DNA of 64,000 bases from Candidatus Omnitrophota bacterium. GTDB lineage: Bacteria; Omnitrophota; Gorgyraeia; Zapsychrales; Fredricksoniimonadaceae. Location: the NCBI GenBank assembly GCA_044225175.1, contig JBGAJA010000002.1, forward strand, positions 82,917-146,916, written 5' to 3'. The notes below the pieces were generated by a model. The model was given only the letters and a program-made list of their open reading frames with translations. It made no database searches and was not told where the DNA came from. Each line of letters begins with the position of its first letter. Positions within the stretch are counted from its first letter, which is position 1. This document shows, piece by piece, positions 25,665 through 35,562 of this stretch. The position numbers and the translations under genes were made by a program.

Positions 25665-26438
25665 CTATTTGCTATAGTCCTGCCAAATAAGCTCTAGGGT
25701 TTCGGCGGATTTTTGGGGGATTTGGATGTTGACTTGGTTGCTGATGATGGTTGGGACGGGGTTGATTTCGATGGTGAGGGAGTTGTCGGCTTGGGCGATT
25801 TGTAGGGGTTGTTGGATGTAGGGGAAGACAGCGGTTGTGCCGATCCATAGATAGACGTCGAAGCCTTGGCGTAGTTGTTGTTGGTAGAGCATGAGTTCGT
25901 GGGTGGGAAGCATTTCTCCAAAGAAGACTACATCTGGCCTGGCTATGCGGGCACAATCCTTGCAGGTAGGGGGGATTGAGATTTCTTCGAAGCTTTCAAT
26001 GGTAGTTCTCCAGCCGCATACAGGGCAGCGCAGTCTGTGCATGTTGCCGTGAATTTCAATCACATTCTTAGAACCTGCTTTGGTGTGAAATCCATCGATG
26101 TTTTGAGTCAAAATCCAAAAACGCTCAAAGCGTTGTTCCATAAGGGCCAGGATTTCATGGCCGCGATTAAAGGACACTTTACGGCAATTGTTTTCAATTT
26201 GGGACAAATATTTCCAGGTAAGCTTTGGATTGCTGTGAATCATCTGGCCCGAAAGCACCATTTCAATTGGAATGCCATCTTCGGTTTGGCTGTCTTGATA
26301 AAGCCCTCCTAAACCTCGATAAGTAGGAAGCCCTGAATCCGCCGACATCCCAGCGCCTGTGATGCACAAAACACTCTTTGCATCTTTAAGACTATTAACA
26401 ACATTCTTTAGCCATGGAAGAGATGGATTTGCATTCAT
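25665..26438 (-). CDS. cobB: NAD-dependent protein deacylase (Sir2/CobB family sirtuin)
   Basis: 257 aa: GAGMSADSGLPTYRG...QNIDGFHTKAGS...CPVCGW...CKDC Zn ribbon. Confidence 0.8.
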   Translation of the reverse strand: MNANPSLPWLKNVVNSLKDAKSVLCITGAGMSADSGLPTYRGLGGLYQDSQTEDGIPIEMVLSGQMIHSNPKLTWKYLSQIENNCRKVSFNRGHEILALMEQRFERFWILTQNIDGFHTKAGSKNVIEIHGNMHRLRCPVCGWRTTIESFEEISIPPTCKDCARIARPDVVFFGEMLPTHELMLYQQQLRQGFDVYLWIGTTAVFPYIQQPLQIAQADNSLTIEINPVPTIISNQVNIQIPQKSAETLELIWQDYSK

Positions 26439-26555
26439 GATCTCAAAATCTCATATATGCTCTACATTGTCAAATTAACCGCTGCATTTCTTTTTTAAGT
26501 TCTTCTTCACTTGGCAGATATAGTTTATAACGCGAAGCAAAAATCTGTTTGTTCT

Positions 26556-27110
26556 TCACAGACCTGTAAACTCTAGAACATACGGATCTTTGATCATATC
26601 TTGATAGGTATTTAATTCGTGTCCCTTCTGAGCCAATTTCATAATCCCTTTCTTATCTCTACTTAATGCAAGACGTTCAAAAAGAGAAGATCCTTTTTGG
26701 CGTTCTAGTTCCCGAGATGACCAATTATTCTTAATGCATTCAATCTCATAAAATGAACGTGCCTCTGGTCTATCAATGCACATAAGAATGCGATGATGAG
26801 TCCATGTCAATTCGAGACGCAGTGCGTCTCGAATTGGATAAATTAAATAGAATTGTCGAATCTTCCTTAAATTTGTTTCATCATACCCTTCTCCAAAGTC
26901 AATCTTCAAACGCATAGCTAACTTTTCGAGAAGATTCTTTCCATATTCTGCCCTGCCTTTTCCTTTCTGCTCTTCTTCAACAATCTCCTTCCCAATTTGC
27001 CAATAAGTTTGAACCATCTCACTATTCACCGAAAGCATGATGTTTGCGCGCGCATGTTCAATAATGTTGTGGATTCGATTATAAATATTCTTAGAAGCTG
27101 TTTTAGACAT
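26556..27110 (-). CDS. YhcG/DUF1016 family protein with the N-terminal domain only (184 aa; the PDDEXK nuclease half is missing, so possibly a truncated remnant)
   Basis: ...TYWQIGKEIVEEEQKGKGRAEYGKNLLEKLA...LTWTHHRILMCIDRPEARSFYEIECIKNNWSSRELERQKGSSLFERLALS...IKDPYVLEFTGL stops where full-length YhcG continues into the nuclease domain. Confidence 0.5.
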   Translation of the reverse strand: MSKTASKNIYNRIHNIIEHARANIMLSVNSEMVQTYWQIGKEIVEEEQKGKGRAEYGKNLLEKLAMRLKIDFGEGYDETNLRKIRQFYLIYPIRDALRLELTWTHHRILMCIDRPEARSFYEIECIKNNWSSRELERQKGSSLFERLALSRDKKGIMKLAQKGHELNTYQDMIKDPYVLEFTGL

Positions 27111-27144
27111 GAATTCCCCCTGTGGTAAATGATTAGTAATAAAC

Positions 27145-27215
27145 TTAAACTGTTGGGGAGTTAATAATAAATTCCGGTTGGGGAAACCGGATGAATCTGA
27201 AGCTGATTAATCTTA
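27145..27215 (-). promoter_or_regulatory. Repeat copy B of the promoter-plus-hairpin module (TTGACA-17-TAAGAT plus TCCGGTTGGGGAAACCGGA)
   Basis: See copy A at 25583-25650. Confidence 0.55.
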
Positions 27216-27260
27216 ATCTATGGTCTTAAAATGTCAAGATCGTTCAAAGCTTGCCTGTGT

Positions 27261-27289
27261 TGACTGACGTCATCTTCCTCTTTATAATC
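27261..27289 (+). promoter_or_regulatory. Near-consensus sigma70 promoter TTGACT-17-TATAAT, ending 7 nt before the sixA-like ATG (leaderless or very short leader)
   Basis: ttgact gacgtcatcttcctctt tataat cacctct ATG. Confidence 0.55.
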
Positions 27290-27295
27290 ACCTCT

Positions 27296-27799
27296 ATGAA
27301 TATCTACATTTTACGGCATGCCATTGCTGTCGAGCGCGGGACTAAGGGGTTTGAGGATGATAATAAGCGACCTTTGACAGTCGATGGTATTGCTAAGATG
27401 AAAGAAAATGCTCGTGGACTTAAATGTTTAAAGCTTTCTTTTGATGTGATCTTTTCAAGTCCTTACCTTCGAGCCAAACATACGGCAGAAATTGTCGTTC
27501 AAACATTCAAAACTAAGCAAACCATTATTCTGACTAAGAATCTCACTCCTGATGTGCCTTTTAAAGACCTTCTTTTAGAAATCAACGCCAAGGCTAAGAA
27601 CCAGTCGAATGTCCTCTTAGTGGGGCATGAACCACATTTAGGCGGATTGATTTCTTTTCTATTAGATGGTCAAGAGGATTTGTCCTTGATCCTCAAAAAA
27701 GGCGGGTTTTGCCACTTGATTGCAGAATATCCAATTAAGCCGGGGTCAGCGAGTTTAAGTTCTCTTTTAACCCCGGCCCAACTTCGTTTAATTCACTAA
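27296..27799 (+). CDS. Histidine phosphatase superfamily protein (SixA-like phosphohistidine phosphatase)
   Basis: MNIYILRHAIAVERG...the R-H-A/G catalytic motif, about 167 aa. Confidence 0.6.
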   Translation: MNIYILRHAIAVERGTKGFEDDNKRPLTVDGIAKMKENARGLKCLKLSFDVIFSSPYLRAKHTAEIVVQTFKTKQTIILTKNLTPDVPFKDLLLEINAKAKNQSNVLLVGHEPHLGGLISFLLDGQEDLSLILKKGGFCHLIAEYPIKPGSASLSSLLTPAQLRLIH

Positions 27800-28213
27800 C
27801 TGAGCATTCATCGTAATTTTGGCATTCAATAATCTTGAAATAGGACATCCCGCTTTAGCATCATTAGCTGCTTTTTCAAAGGCTGCTTGATCTGCGCCAG
27901 GAATTTTGGCCTTTACATCCAAATGAACAGCTGTCACCGTCCATCCTTGGTCTAACTTATCCATAGTGACTGTAGCTGCAGTTTCAATTTTATCCGCCTT
28001 TAGATTGGCATTGCCCAATTGAGCAGAAAGTGCCATGGAGAAACATCCAGCGTGGGCCGCCCCAATTAATTCTTCAGGATTCGTTCCAGGACCATTTTCA
28101 AAACGTGCCGTAAAACCATAAGGAGCATTCGATAATACCCCTGTCTCCGTCGAAATACTTCCCTTGCCTGTTTTCAAATCTCCTATCCATATTGCTGAAG
28201 CTTTCTTTTGCAT
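27788..28213 (-). CDS. osmC: OsmC/Ohr family peroxiredoxin
   Basis: 141 aa with the two conserved Cys ([16 protein letters not shown]). Confidence 0.8.
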   Translation of the reverse strand: MQKKASAIWIGDLKTGKGSISTETGVLSNAPYGFTARFENGPGTNPEELIGAAHAGCFSMALSAQLGNANLKADKIETAATVTMDKLDQGWTVTAVHLDVKAKIPGADQAAFEKAANDAKAGCPISRLLNAKITMNAQLVN

Positions 28214-28239
28214 AACGTTCTCCTTAATAATTACTATTA

Positions 28240-28722
28240 TTAATTTAATTCCCTCATCAAACTATCAAAGTCTAACGCATTAGTATACATCGTAAGCTCT
28301 CCCTTATCTGTCCTAGGCCATTGGTCTTTTGGACGATCGACATAGATTTCAATGCCATTACTATCTGGATCAGAAAAGTAAACTGCTTCACTTACACCAT
28401 GATCAGCTGCACCTTCAATAGGCCAATCATGTTCTTGAAGACGTCTAACTGTTTGAGCTAGAGATTTTCGATCTGGCAAAAGAATCGCAAAGTGGTATAA
28501 GCCAGTATGCCCGCGTTTAGGAGCAGATCCACCCTTACTTTCCCAGGTATTAAGACCAATGTGGTGGTGATAGCCACCCGCAGAGAGAAACGCCGCAGTA
28601 TTCCCCATCCGTGTTGTGACGTCAAATCCAAGGACTTGAGTGTAAAACTGAATCGAGCGCTCCAAATCAGATACCTTCAAATGCACATGGCCAATTCTTG
28701 TTTGAGGGGCGATAGAATCCAT
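28240..28722 (-). CDS. VOC (glyoxalase/bleomycin resistance/dioxygenase) family protein
   Basis: 160 aa: IGHVHLKVSDLERSIQFYTQVLGF. Confidence 0.7.
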   Translation of the reverse strand: MDSIAPQTRIGHVHLKVSDLERSIQFYTQVLGFDVTTRMGNTAAFLSAGGYHHHIGLNTWESKGGSAPKRGHTGLYHFAILLPDRKSLAQTVRRLQEHDWPIEGAADHGVSEAVYFSDPDSNGIEIYVDRPKDQWPRTDKGELTMYTNALDFDSLMRELN

Positions 28723-28733
28723 AAAATTTCTTC

Positions 28734-29240
28734 TTATGCTTTTCCTAAATAATCTTTCTTCCCCAAATCAACACCATTGTGTCTTAAAATCGCATATGTC
28801 ATGGAGGAATGAAAATACAAATTAGGCAGGACAAAATGCAATAGATACACTTGACCTGGAAATACCATTTCATTGCCGCCTACTTTCAACTTAATGTTAC
28901 GTTCCTCACTACCGTCGATTTGGTTGGCTTTAAAGCTCTTAACAAAATCAATTGTCTTAGCAATACGGGCTTGAAGCTCTGCAAATGTCTTCTCGGTGTC
29001 AGGATAACTTGGCACCTCTGCCCCTGCTAAACGGGCTGCTCCCCCTTTGACCATATCCGCTGCTATCTGGACTTGACGCGAGAGTGGAAACATATTCAAG
29101 GCAAGGCGGGCATTCAAAATGACATCTGGTTCAATTTTCTTTTCTTGGGCGTGACTTTCTGCTTTTTTCAAAATTTCGGATAATACGCTAAGGTGGTGAA
29201 CAAAAACGGGGATGGATGCTTGATACATGGATAAAGACAT
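28734..29240 (-). CDS. DUF1993-like protein
   Basis: 168 aa: MSLSMYQASIPVFVHHL... This is family-level recognition only. Confidence 0.45.
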   Translation of the reverse strand: MSLSMYQASIPVFVHHLSVLSEILKKAESHAQEKKIEPDVILNARLALNMFPLSRQVQIAADMVKGGAARLAGAEVPSYPDTEKTFAELQARIAKTIDFVKSFKANQIDGSEERNIKLKVGGNEMVFPGQVYLLHFVLPNLYFHSSMTYAILRHNGVDLGKKDYLGKA

Positions 29241-29316
29241 ATAAGACTCCTTGTTGATCGTTAAACAACATTTAATGTTACTATCATAGTAACATATTGT
29301 TCTTTTGCAATCATTA

Positions 29317-30078
29317 TTAGTTCTTCAGGCGATAGCCCGTCTTAAACATCCATCTGACTAACACAATGCAGGATACAAGGAAGACAAAAATCATAAAAAG
29401 GCTTAAAGATAAACTAACATCGGCAGATTCATAGAAACTCCACCTAAAACCGCTGATCAAATACACAACAGGATTAAGAAGTGAAACTTTATACCAAAAT
29501 GGCGGAAGCATATTGATCGAGTAGAAACTTCCACCCAAGAATGTCAAGGGGGTCACAATCAACATGGGAATGATTTGCAGCTTCTCAAATCCATCTGCCC
29601 AAATCCCTATAATGAAACCAAAAAGACTAAATGTCACAGATGTTAAAACTAAAAAGAAGAACATCATAAAAGGATGTTTGATTTGAAAAGGCACGAAGAA
29701 TTGCGCGGTAATTAAAATCAATATCCCTAAGATAATAGATTTAGTTGCAGCAGCTCCCACATAGCCTAGAAGAATTTCAACATAGGCAATTGGCGCCGAT
29801 AGGATTTCGTAAATGGTCCCAGTAAATTTAGGGAAGTAAATACCAAAAGATGCGTTCGAAATGCTTTCTGTCAAAATCGAAAGCATCACAAGTCCAGGAA
29901 CTATAAAAGCTCCATAGTTAATACCATCGATATCTGTGATGCGAGAGCCTATGGCTGAACCAAAAACGACAAAGTACAACGTTGTTGAAATAACCGGAGA
30001 GGCTATGCTTTGACCGATCGTCCGCCACCAGCGCGACATTTCAAAATAATAAATAGAGTAAACCGCATGCAAGTTCAT
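29317..30078 (-). CDS. ABC-2 type transporter permease
   Basis: 253 aa with 6 TM segments. It overlaps the stop of the ATPase gene upstream. Confidence 0.8.
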   Translation of the reverse strand: MNLHAVYSIYYFEMSRWWRTIGQSIASPVISTTLYFVVFGSAIGSRITDIDGINYGAFIVPGLVMLSILTESISNASFGIYFPKFTGTIYEILSAPIAYVEILLGYVGAAATKSIILGILILITAQFFVPFQIKHPFMMFFFLVLTSVTFSLFGFIIGIWADGFEKLQIIPMLIVTPLTFLGGSFYSINMLPPFWYKVSLLNPVVYLISGFRWSFYESADVSLSLSLFMIFVFLVSCIVLVRWMFKTGYRLKN

Positions 30079-30995
30079 TAGGCTTTCACCAATTCAATAA
30101 AGATCTCTTCTAGAGAACTTGTCTTACTATGAATATCCACATAAGGAACTTTGGCTAAAGATAACGCATCCATGAGTCTAGAAATGTTTCCATCCTTAGT
30201 TGAATCATACGCATAACTCAATTGGCTGCCTTCTGGATTAAGAGAAAGGCCCCAAGAAGACAGTTCTAAGGGAATGGCTTTTAACGGAGTCTTTAGATCA
30301 AACATAAGTTGTTTGCGGCCAAGCTTTTTCATCAATTCTTTCTTATTTTCAGTAACTATAATCTCACCCTTATTAATCACACCGATGCGATCTGCCATTT
30401 CTTCAGCTTCATCAATATAGTGGGTAGTTAATATAATCGTTACTCCCATTGCTTTGAGGGCCCACACTTGGTCCCACATGTCTTTGCGTAAATTAACATC
30501 GACCCCAGCTGTTGGCTCGTCGAGAAATAAAATCCTAGGCTCATGGGAAAGCGCCTTGGCAATCATGACACGCCTTTTCATCCCACCTGAAAGAGTCATG
30601 ATCTTGCTGTCTTTTTTGTCCCACAATGATAGTTGCTTGATGATTTTTTCAGTGAAGGCATGATCTGGGGCTTTACCAAATAAACCACGGCTAAAATTGA
30701 CCGTATGCCACACAGATTCAAATGCATCGGTTGCAAGTTCCTGGGGAACCAGTCCGATTAAGGAACGAGTTAGACGAAATTCCTTAATAATGTCGTGTCC
30801 ATCGACTAGAATTTCTCCGCTGGTTGGGTTGATAATGCCGCAAATGGCATTAATGAGGGTTGTCTTGCCAGCTCCATTAGGCCCAAGCAAGGCAAAGATT
30901 TCACCTTTAGAGATATCTAGATTGATATCTTTAAGGGCCTGAAAGCCACTGGAATAAATCTTATTTAGATTTTTAATGGAAAGAATGGAAGACAT
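30078..30995 (-). CDS. ABC transporter ATP-binding protein
   Basis: Walker [10 protein letters not shown], signature LSGGMKRR, Walker B ILFLDEPT. Confidence 0.85.
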   Translation of the reverse strand: MSSILSIKNLNKIYSSGFQALKDINLDISKGEIFALLGPNGAGKTTLINAICGIINPTSGEILVDGHDIIKEFRLTRSLIGLVPQELATDAFESVWHTVNFSRGLFGKAPDHAFTEKIIKQLSLWDKKDSKIMTLSGGMKRRVMIAKALSHEPRILFLDEPTAGVDVNLRKDMWDQVWALKAMGVTIILTTHYIDEAEEMADRIGVINKGEIIVTENKKELMKKLGRKQLMFDLKTPLKAIPLELSSWGLSLNPEGSQLSYAYDSTKDGNISRLMDALSLAKVPYVDIHSKTSSLEEIFIELVKA

Positions 30996-31020
30996 AATGG
31001 GAAATTATCGGGACTACCTT

Positions 31021-31623
31021 TTAGCCATCCATCAAACGCTTTTTATTGTAGATCATGCTACCACGGGAGTATTCAGCGGTATCGAGCTTTCCAGTGTCCA
31101 TGCGAATAGCATCTTCTGGGCAAACTTCTACACAAAAACCGCAATAAACGCATTTGCCTAAATCCAGGACGAATTCGGCAGGATACTTCTCAATATTAGG
31201 ATCTGGGTGTTCTGCAGCTGTAATTTCAATACAACGAGCTGGACAAACGGTTTCACACATCATACAAGCTACACATCGTGGAGAACCATCTTCTCTTTTC
31301 ATCAAACGATGACGAGTTCTGGTACGTTTGGCCAAAGGTCTCTTTTGTTCTGGGTATTGATATGTGACCGCAGCCGGAACGTCTTTATAAAGACCAAACA
31401 CATGCAGAATATGTAAGCTTAAGTTTCGGAAGAAATGTTTGGAAGTAAGATAAAGCCCGCTAAAAAGCATAGGGAAATAAGTATTCTCCCACCATGTCAG
31501 TTCTCGACGGTCCTTTTGTTGCCAGGCTCGTTTCATTTGAGAAACACGTAACAACGCAAATGGGCTTTTGGCATCAAAATACTTCTCAAGTTCTGCTCGA
31601 CGTTTTTCGTTTGGATTTTCCAT
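31021..31623 (-). CDS. nuoI: NADH-quinone oxidoreductase subunit I (2x[4Fe-4S])
   Basis: CVACMMCETVCP and CVYCGFCVEVCP motifs. Confidence 0.9.
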   Translation of the reverse strand: MENPNEKRRAELEKYFDAKSPFALLRVSQMKRAWQQKDRRELTWWENTYFPMLFSGLYLTSKHFFRNLSLHILHVFGLYKDVPAAVTYQYPEQKRPLAKRTRTRHRLMKREDGSPRCVACMMCETVCPARCIEITAAEHPDPNIEKYPAEFVLDLGKCVYCGFCVEVCPEDAIRMDTGKLDTAEYSRGSMIYNKKRLMDG

Positions 31624-31630
31624 AATTTAC

Positions 31631-32716
31631 CTAATTTAAAAGCGTTATGACAATAGCTGTGATAGCAATATTAAATAACGATGCTGGAAGTAAAATCTGC
31701 CAGCCTAAGCGCATCAGTTGATCGTAGCGGAATCTTGGTAATGTCCAGCGAATGGCCATCAGTACCCATATAAAAAAACCAACCTTGGTAAAGAAAGCTC
31801 CTACACCTAAAAGAGTGACGGCCAAATTGCTAAGAAGGATTTGTCCACCCCAGGGAAAGAAAAACCCATCATGAAAAAGATAAGGAATTTGCCATCCACC
31901 AAAGAACAAAGTTGTCATTAATGCGGCGACAAGCACTGTTTCAATCAAATCTGCTAAAAAGAACATGCCAAACTTCATACCGCTATATTCAACGAAATAT
32001 CCAATGATTTCGCTTTCTCCTTCAGGAAGATCGAATGGTGTGCGTTTGGTCTCAGCCGTGGCTGCCGTTAAAAACAAAAAGAAGGCTAAAGGCTGAACAA
32101 AAACTCCCCATTTAGGAAGCCATCCGGAAAACATATAGTCTCCCTGGGCTCGTACAAGCATTTGAAGATCAAGCGTGTTAAAGACCATGATGACACCCAT
32201 AATGGCAGCACCCATGGTGATTTCATAAGCAATCATCTGGGCGGCCCCACGCATGCCCCCTAGAAATGCATAATTATTATTGGAAGAAAATCCAGCTAAA
32301 ACAACACCGTAAACCCCCATAGACATCATGGCAAAAACAAAAAGCAAGGCTACGTTAATATTGGCAGCCTGTAGTTCAATCACACGGTCTCCGATGATCA
32401 ATTGATTACCAATCGGAATGGCGGCAAATCCAACGAGAGCAAAGACAACGGACAGATAAGGAGCCAAATTAAATAAGAATTTATTCGCCCCTTGAGGCAT
32501 AAATTCTTCTTTGCTTAACATCTTTAGCACATCTGCAATCGCATGGAATAAACCTAAAGCTTTGAATCCAAAAATGGACGCACGGTTAGCTCCAATACGG
32601 TCTTGCATAACAGCACTTTGCTTGCGTTCAACCCAAGTCAAAAGACCAGCAATATTAAACATGATAAATATCGTGCCGGATGCTAGTGCAAATTTAATTA
32701 AAATGTCGATCCACAT
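31631..32716 (-). CDS. nuoH: NADH-quinone oxidoreductase subunit H
   Basis: 361 aa polytopic membrane subunit. Confidence 0.9.
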   Translation of the reverse strand: MWIDILIKFALASGTIFIMFNIAGLLTWVERKQSAVMQDRIGANRASIFGFKALGLFHAIADVLKMLSKEEFMPQGANKFLFNLAPYLSVVFALVGFAAIPIGNQLIIGDRVIELQAANINVALLFVFAMMSMGVYGVVLAGFSSNNNYAFLGGMRGAAQMIAYEITMGAAIMGVIMVFNTLDLQMLVRAQGDYMFSGWLPKWGVFVQPLAFFLFLTAATAETKRTPFDLPEGESEIIGYFVEYSGMKFGMFFLADLIETVLVAALMTTLFFGGWQIPYLFHDGFFFPWGGQILLSNLAVTLLGVGAFFTKVGFFIWVLMAIRWTLPRFRYDQLMRLGWQILLPASLFNIAITAIVITLLN

Positions 32717-32719
32717 AGT

Positions 32720-34285
32720 TTATTTTTTTAAAACCATTCCTTGATCACCGATTGCCTCATATGACATTCCAGAAAAGGGCGCCACGCTTGCGGCAATGTC
32801 TTCAAAGATATCTTGAGACTTTTTATGATGAAATGCTGTTCCTAGCTTTTCACTTAATAATCTTACAATTTCCCAGTCGCCCTTTGACTCTCCTTTTGCC
32901 ATGAATGCAGGCCAGATTCTTTGCACGCGGCCTTGGCAATTGGTAAATGTTCCGTCTTTCTCGGCGTAAACAGCGCTTGGAAGGATCATATGCGCATAAG
33001 AAGCTGTTTCGTTGATATTGCTGCCTTGATAAACGAAAAGCTTGACCTTTTTAGCAACTTCTTCGACGGTCTGCTTGCCAAATAATTTAACTAAATCATG
33101 TCCAAAGACGTAAAGCACCTCAATTTTTCCTTCTTTGGCTTGTTGAATAATGTCTTTGGAATCACTGTCTCCTAAAATTGTCACTGCCCCTGCTGTATTA
33201 GGGTTACGGTCTGATTTTAAGAGAAAATCATCACTCTTACCTGGTTGCTCAGGAACTTTGAAGGCCACTTGTGCTTTCAGGCTGTCCTTAAATAATTTAC
33301 GAATAACAAAAAGGTCTTCATTGGTCAGTTGGGCAGATGCAATGACGCCCACTTTGTTTCCTGCTGCCTTAATGCTTTTGGCTAAAGTATCCATGGCTTG
33401 TTCCCAAGAAACAAGATCATTTTTGATTTGCGGGGTTGTGATTCTTTTTTCATCAATAAAACGATAGTTATAGCGACCCACATCACAAATCCAATAATCA
33501 TTCACATCTGGATTAAGCCTGGGTTTTAGACGCATAACCCGCTCTGGTTTATCTGCATGAGGCCGTGACTTGTCCCAATCAATGTTGATATTGCATCCCA
33601 TGCTGCAGCCGGGACACACAGACTTTGTGTGGTCCAAATACCAGACGCGGCATTTGAAACGAAAATCTTTATCTGTTAATGCACCCACAGGACAAATATC
33701 AACGACATTTCCTGAATAATTATTATCTAATTCTTTCCCGGGATACACATCAACCTGGGAGTGGTCGCCTCTTTCAAAAACACCTAATTCATGAGTCTTG
33801 CTAATATTGTCTGTAAAGCGAACACAGCGCGTACAAAGAATGCAGCGCTCTTGATCGAGCATAACGTTCGGTCCAATAGAAAAAGCCTTCTTTTCCTTTT
33901 TGACCTTCACATCATCGAGCCGGCTATTGTACTTACCATGATCCATATAGTAGTCTTGAAGCTTACATTCACCAGCTTGATCACAAACTGGACAATCGAG
34001 CGGATGATTAACAAGTAAGAATTCCAAAACCGTTTTACGTACTTCTAAAACTTTAGGCGAGTTGGTCTTTACAATCATTCCATCAGCGACGGGGGTATAG
34101 CAGGCAATTTGCAGTTTAGGCTGTTTTTCAACTTCCACCATGCAAATGCGGCAGTTTCCAGACACAGGCAATGACTCATGATAGCAGTAGCGTGGAATAT
34201 CAATTCCTAACTTGGCTGCTGCTTGAATGATCGTTGTTCCTGCAGCTACTTCAATTTCTTTTCCATCAATCGTTAATTTTGGCAT
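32720..34285 (-). CDS. nuoG: NADH-quinone oxidoreductase subunit G (short form)
   Basis: N-terminal 2Fe-2S cluster (CYHESLPVSGNCRIC) and 4Fe-4S motifs; 521 aa. Confidence 0.85.
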   Translation of the reverse strand: MPKLTIDGKEIEVAAGTTIIQAAAKLGIDIPRYCYHESLPVSGNCRICMVEVEKQPKLQIACYTPVADGMIVKTNSPKVLEVRKTVLEFLLVNHPLDCPVCDQAGECKLQDYYMDHGKYNSRLDDVKVKKEKKAFSIGPNVMLDQERCILCTRCVRFTDNISKTHELGVFERGDHSQVDVYPGKELDNNYSGNVVDICPVGALTDKDFRFKCRVWYLDHTKSVCPGCSMGCNINIDWDKSRPHADKPERVMRLKPRLNPDVNDYWICDVGRYNYRFIDEKRITTPQIKNDLVSWEQAMDTLAKSIKAAGNKVGVIASAQLTNEDLFVIRKLFKDSLKAQVAFKVPEQPGKSDDFLLKSDRNPNTAGAVTILGDSDSKDIIQQAKEGKIEVLYVFGHDLVKLFGKQTVEEVAKKVKLFVYQGSNINETASYAHMILPSAVYAEKDGTFTNCQGRVQRIWPAFMAKGESKGDWEIVRLLSEKLGTAFHHKKSQDIFEDIAASVAPFSGMSYEAIGDQGMVLKK

Positions 34286-35562
34286 ACATGCTCACATTTC
34301 TTATGATTCACATGGTCTTCAAATTCACCTCTAAATTTCGAAACATAGCTTCCCACAGACATGGTCACTGCATCTCCAAAAGCGCAAATGGTGTTTCCAC
34401 CGATATTATTCACGATGCCTGGCAAATTCTTAAGATCATGGGGCTGACCTTCCCCATGATAAATTCTTTTCACATTGCGATACACCCAGCCAGAACCTTC
34501 ACGGCAAGGAGAACATTGTCCGCAGCTTTCATGGGCAAAGAACCTGGCGGCAATGAGCGCTGCTCGAACCATACATGTGGTGTCATCCATGACAATGACT
34601 CCTCCGGATCCCGCCATAGAACCAATTGCCTTTAGAGAATCAAAATCCATTTTTACATCCAACTGGTCCGGCGTTAAGATCGGCGCAGAAATCCCTCCAG
34701 GGATAACAGCTTTAAGTTTTCGGCCATTAGGAATTCCACCGGCATGATCATAAATGATTTCGCGAAGGGTAGTTCCATTAGGCAACTCGTAGACTCCTGG
34801 TTTGACCACATGACCGCTCACACAAAACAAACGATTTCCCCCGTTTTTCTCACATCCTAATTTTGCAAACCATTCACTCCCATTTAAAAGGATAGGAGGC
34901 ACACAAGCTAATGTCTCGACGTTATTAATGACTGTAGGGCATCCAAATAAACCAATGACAGCGGGAAATGGGGGCTTAAGTCTTGGGAAACCTTTTTTAC
35001 CTTCCAATGATTCCAACAGAGCTGTTTCTTCACCACAGATATACGCCCCTGCTCCTTGGTGGACAACCACATCCAAATCAAAGGTTGTTCCCATGATTCC
35101 TTTTCCTAAAAATCCTTTTTTGTACGCCTCATCAATGGCCCCCTGCAATCTTGCAATAGGAATTAAATACTCTCCTCGGATATAGACATAGGCTTTGTGA
35201 GAACCAATCGCATAACACGTGATAATAACGCCTTCTAAAAACGCATGAGGATCAAGTTCAAGAATATATTTATCTTTAAATGTGCCTGGTTCACCTTCAT
35301 CGCCATTGACTACTAAATATTTAGGTTTTGGACTAGCAGGATTAATAAAGCCCCACTTGGTACCCGTCGGAAAACCAGCACCACCAAGGCCTCGAAGATT
35401 AGATTTCTTGACCTCTTCAATGACAGCAACTGGTGTCATGCCCGTTAATGCTTTGCGAGCGGCTTCATATCCTTTATTGGCCACATAAGTATCCAGGCGA
35501 TAGGAATTAGCTTTATCAAAATTTCTAGTGACGATCTTTTCCATACTATTTATTTTTCTCAA
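34273..35562 (-). CDS. nuoF: NADH-quinone oxidoreductase subunit F
   Basis: FMN/NADH-binding GAGAYICGEETALLESLEG, and a 4Fe-4S CGQCSPCREG motif. Confidence 0.9.
   Translation of the reverse strand: MRKINSMEKIVTRNFDKANSYRLDTYVANKGYEAARKALTGMTPVAVIEEVKKSNLRGLGGAGFPTGTKWGFINPASPKPKYLVVNGDEGEPGTFKDKYILELDPHAFLEGVIITCYAIGSHKAYVYIRGEYLIPIARLQGAIDEAYKKGFLGKGIMGTTFDLDVVVHQGAGAYICGEETALLESLEGKKGFPRLKPPFPAVIGLFGCPTVINNVETLACVPPILLNGSEWFAKLGCEKNGGNRLFCVSGHVVKPGVYELPNGTTLREIIYDHAGGIPNGRKLKAVIPGGISAPILTPDQLDVKMDFDSLKAIGSMAGSGGVIVMDDTTCMVRAALIAARFFAHESCGQCSPCREGSGWVYRNVKRIYHGEGQPHDLKNLPGIVNNIGGNTICAFGDAVTMSVGSYVSKFRGEFEDHVNHKKCEHVCQN

Noticed and set aside
25672-25956. Two overlapping minus-strand ORFs (94 and 75 aa, Pro/Thr/Ser-rich) in the sirtuin 3' region
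   Set aside because: They are alternative frames of the cobB gene, kept open by the locally GC-rich, stop-poor composition. The cobB frame gives a coherent sirtuin alignment.
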